This document shows positions 38,277 through 47,796 of a stretch of 64,000 bases of DNA, piece by piece. Every line of letters starts with the position of its first letter. Position 1 is the first letter of the stretch. The notes below the pieces were generated by a model. The model worked only from the letters and a program-made list of their open reading frames with translations. It was not told where the DNA came from and ran no database searches. A program made the translations under genes and the position numbers. The stretch lies in the NCBI GenBank assembly GCA_963706325.1, contig CAVPLT010000007.1:64001-128000 (forward strand), in the 5' to 3' direction. This DNA comes from an uncultured Nitrospiraceae bacterium. GTDB taxonomy: Bacteria; Nitrospirota; Nitrospiria; Nitrospirales; Nitrospiraceae.

Positions 38277-38669
38277 ATGACTGAAGTCAATTCAATGTAT
38301 CACGCCCGGATGCGGAGCGATGACCTCAAAGCTCAGATCGACAGGCTCGAAGGCCTAGCACACCATACCGTGGTGAATCCGACATTCGATGAGTTTGACA
38401 CGGAAACGGAAGAGATCCTGATCAAAATTTACGGCGCAGACCACAAGTACATCGAATCCTATAAATACGCCACCCTGGGCGAAGCCGAAGCGATGGTGAA
38501 TTTGCCGGAATCCGCGCAGGAACCCCTGACGCGGGACATTCCGAAAAAAGGGCTACAGCAGCGCCGGCAGGTATTGCAGGGCATTTTGGGCGATCTGCAG
38601 GGCCTTGAAACACAAGAGGCTGAGCTGCTCACCGGAGAAGATCGCGAAGATCCTCCTGGACCAAGCTGA
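38277..38669 (+). CDS. Hypothetical protein, homologous to the N-terminal domain of the CBS protein at 32182
   Basis: GGAGGAG RBS; FDEFDTETEEIL...YKYATLGEAEAMVNL...LQQRRQVL. Confidence 0.75.
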   Translation: MTEVNSMYHARMRSDDLKAQIDRLEGLAHHTVVNPTFDEFDTETEEILIKIYGADHKYIESYKYATLGEAEAMVNLPESAQEPLTRDIPKKGLQQRRQVLQGILGDLQGLETQEAELLTGEDREDPPGPS

Positions 38670-38859
38670 ATTGATTGCGCCGAATAACCGGGCATGGAGG
38701 TGGTGACCGCCGGGTTGTCGTGTTCAACGCGGTCACTGCCTTCGCGAGCCTGCGTTTTACAAAACTTCATCTCATCTATTCCCCCCCGGCGATCCCACAC
38801 TAGCTAACGCATACTACTAGGGGTCTGCGTTATCTTTCCTGACAGAAAATAGGCGCCTC

Positions 38860-40092
38860 CTACGGGGTCAGTAGACTCTTGAGCGGTATGGTCGGATCCT
38901 GCAATGAGGTCTCTCGGCCTGTGAGATCAGTTTTATTCCTGATGAACTTTTGCAGAGGCGGAAGGTCTTTGTTGTTTGCGTTGATAGCAAAGTAAGCCAT
39001 GAGCCGGTGTTGCTTGAGGTAGAGGATGATGCATGACAGGTCATCCAACTTTCCACGGAGCAGCATCTCGTCATGCTCCTTTTCGTCGCCGGCGAATTCG
39101 AGATGCAGGTCGAAGATGTCGGACCAGACATAGGTCAGGAGATCATAGGGGCGGCGCGCGCCGGTCATATTCTGGGCCGCGAGCTGGCCGCTGTATTCGG
39201 CGTGGCCCCAATGTTCAACTCGACGGCGCTTGCCGAACAGGGGATCGACATAGTTCGCGACATCCCCGGCCGCATAAATGCCCGACTGGGAGGATTCTAG
39301 ATACTCATCGACCACGATGCCATTGTCCACAGTAAGTCCCGCCTGTCGCGCCAATTCTACGTTGGGCGCGATCCCGATGCCGATGCAGACGAAGTGACAG
39401 GGCAAGACGGCGCCTGACTTGAGGCGGACCGAAAACCTCTCGTTTTGCCGCTGGATCTCCGTCACGGACTCGGCGGTGCGAAAGGCGATACCTTTGGCGG
39501 CGCAATGTTCCTGGATCGCGCGGGCGAGTGATTCGTCGGCAAAGCGTGGCCAAATGTGCGGGCCTGTTTCGACGACCGTCACCTGCACCCCGCGTTGAGC
39601 CAGCGACGCCGCAACTTCCAATCCAATGAATCCGGCGCCGATGAGTACCGCGAACGAACCCGGCGTCGCTGCGGCGGCAAGTGCCACGGAATCGTTCAGC
39701 GTTCGAAGGTAGTGAACCCCGGGAAGGTCGGCGCCCGGTATCTTGAGCTGCACCGGTCGGCCGCCCGTAGCGACCAACGCTTTGTCGAAGCGCAGTTGGT
39801 CGCCATTGTCGAGCGTCGCCGTTTTGGCGGCAGGATCGAGCGTCGTGACCGCTGTGCCTAGTTTTAGCTCGATCTTCTGCTCGTCGTAAAAGGAGGGCTC
39901 ATCGAAAAAGACTTTTTCCTTCGGCATCTCGCCGCGCAGGAAATCCTTTGAAAGCGGGGGATGATCATAGGGAGGATGCGGATCGTCCGTCGCCAGGGTG
40001 ATGGTTGCCTGCGGATCGAGTTGCCGCAGCCGTTTAGCCGCTTGGCTGGAGGCCAGGCCTCCGCCGATAAGCAGATATTTCATAGGATCCAT
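38860..40092 (-). CDS. FAD/NAD(P)-dependent oxidoreductase (ferredoxin reductase-like)
   Basis: IGGGLAS, PYDHPPLSK, ATGG, IGAGFIGLE, IYAAGD, RVEHW. Confidence 0.92.
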   Translation of the reverse strand: MDPMKYLLIGGGLASSQAAKRLRQLDPQATITLATDDPHPPYDHPPLSKDFLRGEMPKEKVFFDEPSFYDEQKIELKLGTAVTTLDPAAKTATLDNGDQLRFDKALVATGGRPVQLKIPGADLPGVHYLRTLNDSVALAAAATPGSFAVLIGAGFIGLEVAASLAQRGVQVTVVETGPHIWPRFADESLARAIQEHCAAKGIAFRTAESVTEIQRQNERFSVRLKSGAVLPCHFVCIGIGIAPNVELARQAGLTVDNGIVVDEYLESSQSGIYAAGDVANYVDPLFGKRRRVEHWGHAEYSGQLAAQNMTGARRPYDLLTYVWSDIFDLHLEFAGDEKEHDEMLLRGKLDDLSCIILYLKQHRLMAYFAINANNKDLPPLQKFIRNKTDLTGRETSLQDPTIPLKSLLTP

Positions 40093-40348
40093 AACAACAT
40101 CACCTCTTGACTAGGGCAAAGTCGCAGCATACTCCCTTGAGCGATGAAATTCCGCTGAGTGGTCCTTGGGCAGGCGCTTCGTGAGATCCTGCTGTTTTCC
40201 TTCTGTCGCAATGTGTTATACACTACCTGTTTCTCCAGCCCGTAATTCTTGTTTCACGTTCGGTTTTTCGTACCATTTCAAACTTTGCCGGATTGCACGA
40301 TCGCCCGACGATCAGCTCCGACTAGCTCAATAGGGAGAATGTCATAGG

Positions 40349-41032
40349 ATGAGTAAGAAGGAAATCGACGCGGCGCAGCGATTGATGAGCCTCATGTTCA
40401 AGGCGCATCCTTGGCACGGGGTGTCCATGGGCGACCATGCGCCTGACGTCGTGACAGCGTACATTGAAATTGTGCCCACCGACACGGTGAAGTATGAAGT
40501 CGACAAGGCCAGCGGATTTCTCAAGGTGGACCGTCCGCAACGATTCTCGAATTTCTGCCCGGTGTATTACGGCCTTATTCCGCAAACCTACTGCGGTGAG
40601 GGTGTCGCCAGGCTCTTTGCAACACGCGCCAACCGGCCGGACATGATCGGCGACGGCGATCCATTGGACATCTGCGTGCTGACTGAGAAAACCATTCCCC
40701 ATAGCGATATTTTGTTGACGGCCCTGCCGATCGGCGGGCTGAGCATGGCGGATAACGGCGAGGCGGACGACAAGATCATCGCAGTCATGCGAGACGATGC
40801 CGTGTATGGCAGGTATACCGATCTCAAGGACTGCCCGATGACGCTCCTCGATCGGCTACAGCATTATTTTCTGACCTATAAACATGCGCCCGGATCGACG
40901 CAGCACAAGGTCGAAATCACGAGCATGTATGGGCGAGAAGAGGCGCTGAACGTCATTCGCACGAGTCACGAAGATTACAAGAAAAAATTTCCCGAGCTGG
41001 AATCCATGTGGCCAGCCGCCATGAAATCCTAA
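40349..41032 (+). CDS. ppa: Inorganic pyrophosphatase (family I)
   Basis: HPWH, KYEVDK, YGLIPQT, DGDPLD, DNGEADDK, YFLTYK. Confidence 0.93.
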   Translation: MSKKEIDAAQRLMSLMFKAHPWHGVSMGDHAPDVVTAYIEIVPTDTVKYEVDKASGFLKVDRPQRFSNFCPVYYGLIPQTYCGEGVARLFATRANRPDMIGDGDPLDICVLTEKTIPHSDILLTALPIGGLSMADNGEADDKIIAVMRDDAVYGRYTDLKDCPMTLLDRLQHYFLTYKHAPGSTQHKVEITSMYGREEALNVIRTSHEDYKKKFPELESMWPAAMKS

Positions 41033-41100
41033 CCGCATAGAGAAGATGTCGCAGATCTTGAACGGCCGCTAGCACCACCAAGAAAGGTTTATCCCACCTC

Positions 41101-42831
41101 ATGAAACACACCACGACGCATCCCCAGACGGAACCAGCAGCCAAAGGGTTCTCCCCCGGTTTTGCCGCGCTCGGGTTGGAGGCCTCGCTCCTCGCGACCC
41201 TTGAAGCCTTGGGCTATGAGGAGCCGACCCCGATTCAACGTGAAGCCATCCCCCCGCTGTTGGAAGGACGTGATCTGCTGGGCCAGGCCGCGACGGGAAC
41301 CGGCAAAACCGCCGCGTTCGCTCTGCCGTTGCTGCAGCGCATCGCCCATGGTCCGCGAAATCGTCCCACCGCGCTCGTGCTCGTGCCGACCAGGGAATTG
41401 GCCGTGCAGGTGAGTGAGGCAGTGCAACGCTACGGCAAGGAACTGCGGATCAGCGTGCTGGCGTTGTACGGCGGACAGGCGATGGGACCACAACTGCAGG
41501 CGCTCCGTCGCGGAGTGGAGGTCATCGTGGCGACCCCGGGGCGAGCCTTGGACCATCTGCGTCGCAAGACATTGAAATTGGCTGATCTCCAGGTCGTCGT
41601 GCTCGATGAGGCCGATGAAATGCTCGACATGGGTTTCGCGGACGACCTCGATGCCATTCTCGAACAAACTCCGGCGACCAAACAGACCGCGCTTTTTTCG
41701 GCGACTATGCCGCCGCGTATTGCCTCCATTGCCCGCCGACATTTGAAGAATCCGGTGGACGTGACGATTGCCCGCGAACCGGTCAAGGCGGGCGCGGCGC
41801 CGCGCGTGCAGCAGGTCGCCTATGTAGTGGCGCGGCAACATAAGGTGTCGGCCCTGGCCCGCGTGTTGGATATCGCGACGCCTAAGTCCGCCCTCGTCTT
41901 CTGCCGAACGCGTTTGGAAGTCGATGAAGTCACCGCGGCGCTGAATAGCCGTGGGTATCGCGCCGAAGCCATTCACGGCGGTATGAGCCAGGTGCAGCGA
42001 GATCGCGTCATGCAAGCCTTTCGATCCGGGCAAACCGAGCTGCTGGTGGCAACCGATGTGGCGGCGCGAGGGTTGGATATCCCTTCCGTTTCCCATGTGA
42101 TCAATTACGATCTTCCCTCCTCACTGGAGGTCTACGTCCACCGTATCGGGCGGACGGGACGGGCGGGACGAGAGGGCGCCGCGATGACGATCATCGAGCC
42201 GCGTGAACAACGGTTCTTGAGAAGCGTCGAGCAACATACCAAAGCAAAGATCACAGTTTCCCCCGTGCCGTCTCTCGGTGATTTGCTGGCCAAACGTCTG
42301 GAGCGCACCAAAACCGCCATCCAAGAAACTCTGCAGGCCGGTGAGCTGGAGGATTTTCGCCGGGTCGTACAGGCTCTGGCAGGATCGGCCGACCCGGCGG
42401 ACATCGCTGCTGCCGCGGTCAAGTTGGTCTACCGGTCGCATGGTGGAGAGCGCGAGGAGGAAGAGATTCCCGATGGATCGTTACGGACGCCGGAACCCTA
42501 TCGCTCTTCGCGTCCTTCCTACGGATCGGCGGGCCAGCAGGGGGATCGTGGGCGTGCGCCACGAGGGGGGCCTAGTCGTGGTGGCCGGGCAGCCGGTACC
42601 GTGCGGGTGTATGTGGGCGCCGGGCGAGCCGCCGGCATCCGGCCAGGCGATCTGGTCGGCGCCATTGCCAATGAAGCAGGCGTGCCTTCGCGCATGATCG
42701 GTGCGATCGAGGTCGAGGATCGATTTTCCTTGGTAGATGTGCAGGAAGCGGCGGCTCGACAAATCATTGAAGCGCTCGGGCGGACGCGCATCAAAGGACA
42801 GAAGGTCGCGGTGCGACTGTTTACGGATTGA
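41101..42831 (+). CDS. deaD: DEAD-box RNA helicase DeaD/CsdA with a DbpA-type RNA-binding domain
   Basis: PTPIQ, ATGTGKT, PTRELA, DEAD, SAT, ARGLD, HRIGRTGRAG; C-terminal IRPGDLVGAIANE. Confidence 0.93.
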   Translation: MKHTTTHPQTEPAAKGFSPGFAALGLEASLLATLEALGYEEPTPIQREAIPPLLEGRDLLGQAATGTGKTAAFALPLLQRIAHGPRNRPTALVLVPTRELAVQVSEAVQRYGKELRISVLALYGGQAMGPQLQALRRGVEVIVATPGRALDHLRRKTLKLADLQVVVLDEADEMLDMGFADDLDAILEQTPATKQTALFSATMPPRIASIARRHLKNPVDVTIAREPVKAGAAPRVQQVAYVVARQHKVSALARVLDIATPKSALVFCRTRLEVDEVTAALNSRGYRAEAIHGGMSQVQRDRVMQAFRSGQTELLVATDVAARGLDIPSVSHVINYDLPSSLEVYVHRIGRTGRAGREGAAMTIIEPREQRFLRSVEQHTKAKITVSPVPSLGDLLAKRLERTKTAIQETLQAGELEDFRRVVQALAGSADPADIAAAAVKLVYRSHGGEREEEEIPDGSLRTPEPYRSSRPSYGSAGQQGDRGRAPRGGPSRGGRAAGTVRVYVGAGRAAGIRPGDLVGAIANEAGVPSRMIGAIEVEDRFSLVDVQEAAARQIIEALGRTRIKGQKVAVRLFTD

Positions 42832-42990
42832 GAGCAGGAGTGAGGACCGCAAAGGAGGGACATCGTGCCGCATCATGGGGGCGAGCCTGTTGTTCTAGGT
42901 TTCCCTACTCCTAGGGAGAAAGCGAGATGTCCGTGAAGCCAGGGTGGTTCCTAGTTTCCTAGGTTTGAAGTATCCGGCTAGTATCACGAC

Positions 42991-43326
42991 ATGTTGCCTC
43001 GATTCCTCAAAGCTCTTCTTCAGACCCCCGCCTGTGTAGCATGCAGTGAACATGGAGCGACGCGAGGTTTATTGTGTGCCGATTGCCACCTCGGCGAACC
43101 GTTTTCGGCCGCGACTCAGTTACTATCCCGCGAAGTGGATTGCGTATGTGCACACGATTACCAGCTTGAGACTGTGGGCGGCGTGTTTCTTACCGGCGCA
43201 TATGTATGCCGCCTTTGTAGTGACAGAATAGGAATGTCCCAAGAGCAGTTTCATCGCCACGCTGACTATCCACGGCATTACCAGGAGGGCGGACACATCG
43301 CGTACCCGGAGCGCGACCGCCATTAA
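42991..43326 (+). CDS. Hypothetical Cys-rich protein
   Basis: CVAC, CADC, CVCAH, CRLC. Confidence 0.5.
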   Translation: MLPRFLKALLQTPACVACSEHGATRGLLCADCHLGEPFSAATQLLSREVDCVCAHDYQLETVGGVFLTGAYVCRLCSDRIGMSQEQFHRHADYPRHYQEGGHIAYPERDRH

Positions 43327-43674
43327 CAGGGAACAATCCACACGAGGTCCTGCAACTGTGGGGGGATCCGATTCTTACATCTCTCGATCCAGGCAAACCG
43401 GAAGTGCGTTCACCAGCTATACCGGCGGTACCGTATCTCGCCCCTCAATGTAAGGATTGCGTTTACGCTCCGGCTTAAGCGCGAAGTCTGCTACTCTGCT
43501 ACCTAACGTGCGATGGTGACTCCGCGGTGACGGCGAACCATGACCCTGCTTATGGAGGGGACTCCTGAGAAATCGACTGGGGAAGCTGCACTGCACGGCC
43601 CTGTAGACGTTCCAGCCACGAGAGTTAGAGTCTTCACGGGTTCGGCTGGCTCAGCAGTCGACGAACGACCCTTT

Positions 43675-44292
43675 ATGCCACCCACAGACACTTCAGAGGA
43701 AAGGCCCGCATATCGCGCTGCTGGACTAACGCTTCTGTTTCGCAGTCATTTACTTCTCATCATCTTAAACATCGGCCTTGTCTTAGCTATCTTTTTTCTC
43801 GATGTCTCTATCGCCACTGACATCGCGATTGGCATGCTCTATGTCGCGCCTGTGGCCTGGATGGCGCTGTGGTCTTCTAAACATGATACGCCTCTCATGG
43901 TGACCACGGCGGTCGGATGTACCGTCCTCAGCATCGTGGCGTTCCTGCTTCATCCGGCAGACAATCTTTGGATCGGGTTCATCAACCGTATTATGGCTTG
44001 TTTCATGATCTGGTTAACGACTGTCCTCTCGATTACACGGAAACGCGCAGAGGAGGAAACGAAGACTCTTCGCGGCTTTCTGCCGATTTGCTCCTATTGC
44101 AAAAAAATCCGGGACAACACTGGCTATTGGGAACGCATGGAGGTCTACATTTCCGCCAATTCACAGGCCCACTTCAGTCACGGCATCTGTCCTGAATGCG
44201 GAGAAGAACACTTCCCGGCGATCTACCGGGCGGACCACACCGAAGGCTCAGGCGGACAAGGTGCGAGGGATCTCAAGAGTTCTGCGCCATAG
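43675..44292 (+). CDS. Four-TM protein with a C-terminal PICxxCKKIR...HGICPxC module
   Basis: Hydrophobic sensor-like region, then LRGFLPICSYCKKIRD..GYWERMEVYI...FSHGICPEC. Confidence 0.75.
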   Translation: MPPTDTSEERPAYRAAGLTLLFRSHLLLIILNIGLVLAIFFLDVSIATDIAIGMLYVAPVAWMALWSSKHDTPLMVTTAVGCTVLSIVAFLLHPADNLWIGFINRIMACFMIWLTTVLSITRKRAEEETKTLRGFLPICSYCKKIRDNTGYWERMEVYISANSQAHFSHGICPECGEEHFPAIYRADHTEGSGGQGARDLKSSAP

Positions 44293-44529
44293 TATTCATT
44301 TCCAACTTCCAGGCCTCAAAGCTGTACCGGTTTCCCAGTCGAGTACACCGCAACATTGCGCAAGTTCCTCTTTCCTCACCAGAGACGTACTCCGGCGTAC
44401 CCAAGCGTTGCCGAGCCCCTGCATCCAAGCGTGCTACAAATCTGTTGCCATGCCATGCTGCATATTTTTTTCGCTCGGCTTCCGCTGACAGGCGTTCCAT
44501 GCCGTCATTTGATAATGATAGGATGACAA

Positions 44530-45987
44530 ATGTCCGCATCCCATACCACCGTCACGACAAGTATTCCCCAACGCATGGATCGCTTGCCGTGGTCGCGCTG
44601 GCATTGGCTGGTAGTGACCGCTCTTGGAGTTACCTGGATCCTGGATGGGCTCGAGGTCTCCATTGTCGCCGCCCTCGGTCCGGTGCTCACGCTGAGCACC
44701 ACGCTGAATCTCACCGCTTCCGAAGTGGGACTCACCGCATCTGCCTATTTAACCGGATCGGTATTGGGAGCCATTGTCTTTTCGTATCTCACTGATCGTC
44801 AGGGACGAAAGAAATGGTTCATGATCACCCTTCTGCTTTATTTGGCCGCAACGGTTCTGACCGCCTTCTCCTGGAACCTGTGGAGTTTCATGTTTTTTCG
44901 TTTGCTCACCGGCGCGGGGATCGGGGGCGAATATGCGGCGATCAATTCCGCCATAGACGAGTTGATTCCGGCGCGCACTCGTGGACACACGGATCTGGCG
45001 ATCAACGGGAGTTGGTGGCTCGGTAGCGCCGCCGGTGCCGTGCTGGCGATTGTATTGTTGAATCCGCTGTTAATTCCGGAATATTTGGGATGGCGGCTGT
45101 GCTTCGGGTTTGGCGCGGTGCTCGGCGTGAGCATCCTTCTCGTCCGGCGCGTGATTCCGGAAAGCCCTCGTTGGCTCATGACCCACGGGAAAATGAAGGA
45201 AGCTGACGAGATTGTCGCTGGAATCGAAACCCGGATTCTGCAGGACAGCAGCCACACGTCGTTGCCGCAGGTTGAGGGCTCGATTACTGTCCATGCCCGC
45301 CCGCATGCGACGCTCGCCACTGTTGCGCGGGAGTTGTTCTCCACGTATCCTCGTCGCACGACATTGGGAATCGTGCTGATGGTGACGCAATCATTCATGT
45401 ACAACGCGATCTCGTTCACCTATCCCTTCGTGCTCACGAAATTTTACGCGGTCCCCAGCCATGACATCGGCTACTACATTCTCCCGTTTGCCTTCGGTAA
45501 CTTTCTGGGCCCCTTGTTGCTGGGCCGCTTTTTCGATACCATCGGCCGCAAGCAAATGATCAGCTTCACCTATGCCGTGGCGGGGTGCTTGCTGGCGGCC
45601 ACCGGCTATTTCTTTTGGCAGGGCGCCTTTACCTCCGTCACTCAGATGATGGCCTGGTCATCCGTATTCTTTTTCGCGTCCGCCGGCGCCAGCGCCGCCT
45701 ATCTGACCGTCAGCGAGATTTTTCCGATGGAGATCCGCGCGATGGCGATCGCGTTCTTCTTTGTCGTGGCGCAGGGAGCGGGGATTCTGGCTCCCTGGCT
45801 GTACGGCAAGCTGATCGAAACGTCCGCCGAAAGCGTCTTTTACGGATACTTGTTGGGAGCCGGAATGATGCTCGTGGGCGCGGTCGTGGAATTGTGGTTA
45901 GGAGTCAAAGCAGAGGGCCGATCGCTCGAACATATCGCAACGCCGCTGTCCGCACAGCCTCTCACGGAGGATGCGCCGCGCGCCTGA
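44530..45987 (+). CDS. MFS transporter (sugar/aromatic-acid type)
   Basis: RMDRLPWSRWH, TDRQGRKK, GIGGEY, PESPRWL, SEIFPMEIRA. Confidence 0.92.
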   Translation: MSASHTTVTTSIPQRMDRLPWSRWHWLVVTALGVTWILDGLEVSIVAALGPVLTLSTTLNLTASEVGLTASAYLTGSVLGAIVFSYLTDRQGRKKWFMITLLLYLAATVLTAFSWNLWSFMFFRLLTGAGIGGEYAAINSAIDELIPARTRGHTDLAINGSWWLGSAAGAVLAIVLLNPLLIPEYLGWRLCFGFGAVLGVSILLVRRVIPESPRWLMTHGKMKEADEIVAGIETRILQDSSHTSLPQVEGSITVHARPHATLATVARELFSTYPRRTTLGIVLMVTQSFMYNAISFTYPFVLTKFYAVPSHDIGYYILPFAFGNFLGPLLLGRFFDTIGRKQMISFTYAVAGCLLAATGYFFWQGAFTSVTQMMAWSSVFFFASAGASAAYLTVSEIFPMEIRAMAIAFFFVVAQGAGILAPWLYGKLIETSAESVFYGYLLGAGMMLVGAVVELWLGVKAEGRSLEHIATPLSAQPLTEDAPRA

Positions 45988-46156
45988 TCGTTGTTCCCAT
46001 TGGATACCGACGCTCACCAATATCACCCAGGATTGTGCCGGGGGAGATCCCCTTTCGGCCTGTGCGAGGGCCAGCTGTCATTGGCTATCGGGACACCGGA
46101 GAAAACTACCATGTTCACCTGTCCACGGTACGGCGAATAGGTGAGATGAGGAGCGC

Positions 46157-47710
46157 GTGACCTTTCGTCCTTGGACCGCCAGCTTGCGCGACTGGCAGAC
46201 CCGCGCCGTCGCGGACGTGTTGGCACAGCCACGTGTGGACTATCTCGTGACGGCAACGCCCGCGGCGGGGAAGACCCGCTTTGCGCTGCGCATCGCCCAT
46301 CAGTATTTGACCGATCGGGCGGCCGGTCGGGTACTCGTGATCTGCCCGACGAACCATTTGCGGACACAGTGGGCGTCAGCCGCGGGACAAGTGGGCATTC
46401 AATTGGATCCGGCGCTGTCGAATGAACAGGCCTGTGAGGCGCGCGACTATCACGGCGCGGTCGTGACGTATCAGCAGGTCTGCCTGGCGCCGGAAGTATT
46501 CCGGCGAGCCTGCCGCAACCGAAAAACCCTGGTCATTCTCGATGAGTTGCACCACGCCGGTGACGGCAAGGATTGGGGTAAGGCTCTGCGAGAATCCTTT
46601 GCTGAAGCGGTGTTTCGTCTGGCCCTCTCGGGCACGCCTTTCCGTTCGGACAATAATCCGATCCCCTATGTGCGATACGTAGATGGGGAAAGCCAGGCGG
46701 ATTTCACGTACGGCTATTCGCACTCGATCAAGGACGGGGTCTGTCGACCGATTCTCTTTCCAAGTTACGAAGGCGAACTGACATGGCTGTCGGACGGGCG
46801 TGAGCATCGTGCCACGTTTGAAGACGGATTGACCTTTGAACGCCAGCGGGAGCGGCTCAAAACGGCGCTGCTACAGGAAACCTGGCTCGATCCGGTGCTG
46901 CGCGATGCCCATACGGAGTTGCAGCGATTGCGCAAGCAGGAGCAATCGGATGCGGGCGGGCTCATTGTGACTATGAATCAGGACCATGCGCGGCAGGTGG
47001 CGGAGCTCGTCACGAAGATTACGGGGACGCGGGCCCTGGTGGCGGTGTCCGACGATCCTTCCGCCTCCAAGACCATCGAGACCTTTGCCCACCACAAAAC
47101 GCAGCAGTGGCTGGTGGCGGTGAATATGGTGAGCGAAGGGGTGGATATTCCGCGTCTCCGCGTCGGTGTGTATGCGACCAATGTGTTGACGGAGATGTAT
47201 TTTCGCCAGGTGGTCGGGCGGTTTGTGCGGGTGCAGGATAAGGTGCCGAAGCCGCAACGGGCCTGGCTCTATCTGCCCAAGGATGCGACGCTGGTGCATT
47301 TTGCCAAGCGCATCAAGGTCGAGCGGGACCATGTCCTTGAAGACATTATGCCCGCGGTGCAGCGAACGTTGTTCGGCACGGCCGCGACCTCGCTCAAGGA
47401 ATATATCCCCTTGAACGGCGTGGCCCGGCTGGATACGTTGATCGGTGTGGATGAGGGTGATCCGGCGGAAGGAATGGGACAAGCAGCAGTCGCGGAGGCG
47501 CTCCATGATCAGAAGGACAAACTGCGAGATAAGCACCGAAATCTCGTGGCCGCTGTGGCACGGAAGACAGGAGCGGATCATCGGCAGCTCAATGCGGAGT
47601 TGATTAAACGGACTGGTGGCCGCGTCGATCAGGCGACGATTCCACAATTGGAGCGGCGCATTGCCTTGTTGGAAAAGTGGCGGGAATCCGGTTTCGACCG
47701 GAAACGGTGA
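46157..47710 (+). CDS. Superfamily II DExH helicase (ResIII/XPB-like)
   Basis: LRDWQ, ATPAAGKT, DELHH, SGTPFRSD, MVSEGVDIP, QVVGRFVR. Confidence 0.88.
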   Translation: MTFRPWTASLRDWQTRAVADVLAQPRVDYLVTATPAAGKTRFALRIAHQYLTDRAAGRVLVICPTNHLRTQWASAAGQVGIQLDPALSNEQACEARDYHGAVVTYQQVCLAPEVFRRACRNRKTLVILDELHHAGDGKDWGKALRESFAEAVFRLALSGTPFRSDNNPIPYVRYVDGESQADFTYGYSHSIKDGVCRPILFPSYEGELTWLSDGREHRATFEDGLTFERQRERLKTALLQETWLDPVLRDAHTELQRLRKQEQSDAGGLIVTMNQDHARQVAELVTKITGTRALVAVSDDPSASKTIETFAHHKTQQWLVAVNMVSEGVDIPRLRVGVYATNVLTEMYFRQVVGRFVRVQDKVPKPQRAWLYLPKDATLVHFAKRIKVERDHVLEDIMPAVQRTLFGTAATSLKEYIPLNGVARLDTLIGVDEGDPAEGMGQAAVAEALHDQKDKLRDKHRNLVAAVARKTGADHRQLNAELIKRTGGRVDQATIPQLERRIALLEKWRESGFDRKR

Positions 47711-47796
47711 GCAATCGAAAGAAGGCTGAGCAAGGCCCACCGCGAAGAGCCGTCGCACGAACTCGATAAAAAGCCGATTACATAAGGGAGAGAAGC

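Noticed and set aside
41089..42096. Long antisense ORFs (also 46871-47929, 15317-16285, 18545-19357)
   Set aside because: These are shadows of well-supported genes on the opposite strand, which is common in GC-rich DNA.
43076..43090. CADCH as a c-type heme-binding site
   Set aside because: There is no signal peptide and it sits among other CxxC pairs; zinc binding is more plausible.
43390..43490. c-di-GMP-I riboswitch suggested by GGCAAACC
   Set aside because: The following GAAA tetraloop and GACGCAAAG elements are absent.
46157..47710. Type III restriction-modification system
   Set aside because: No methyltransferase partner and no nuclease domain are evident; this is a standalone SF2 helicase.
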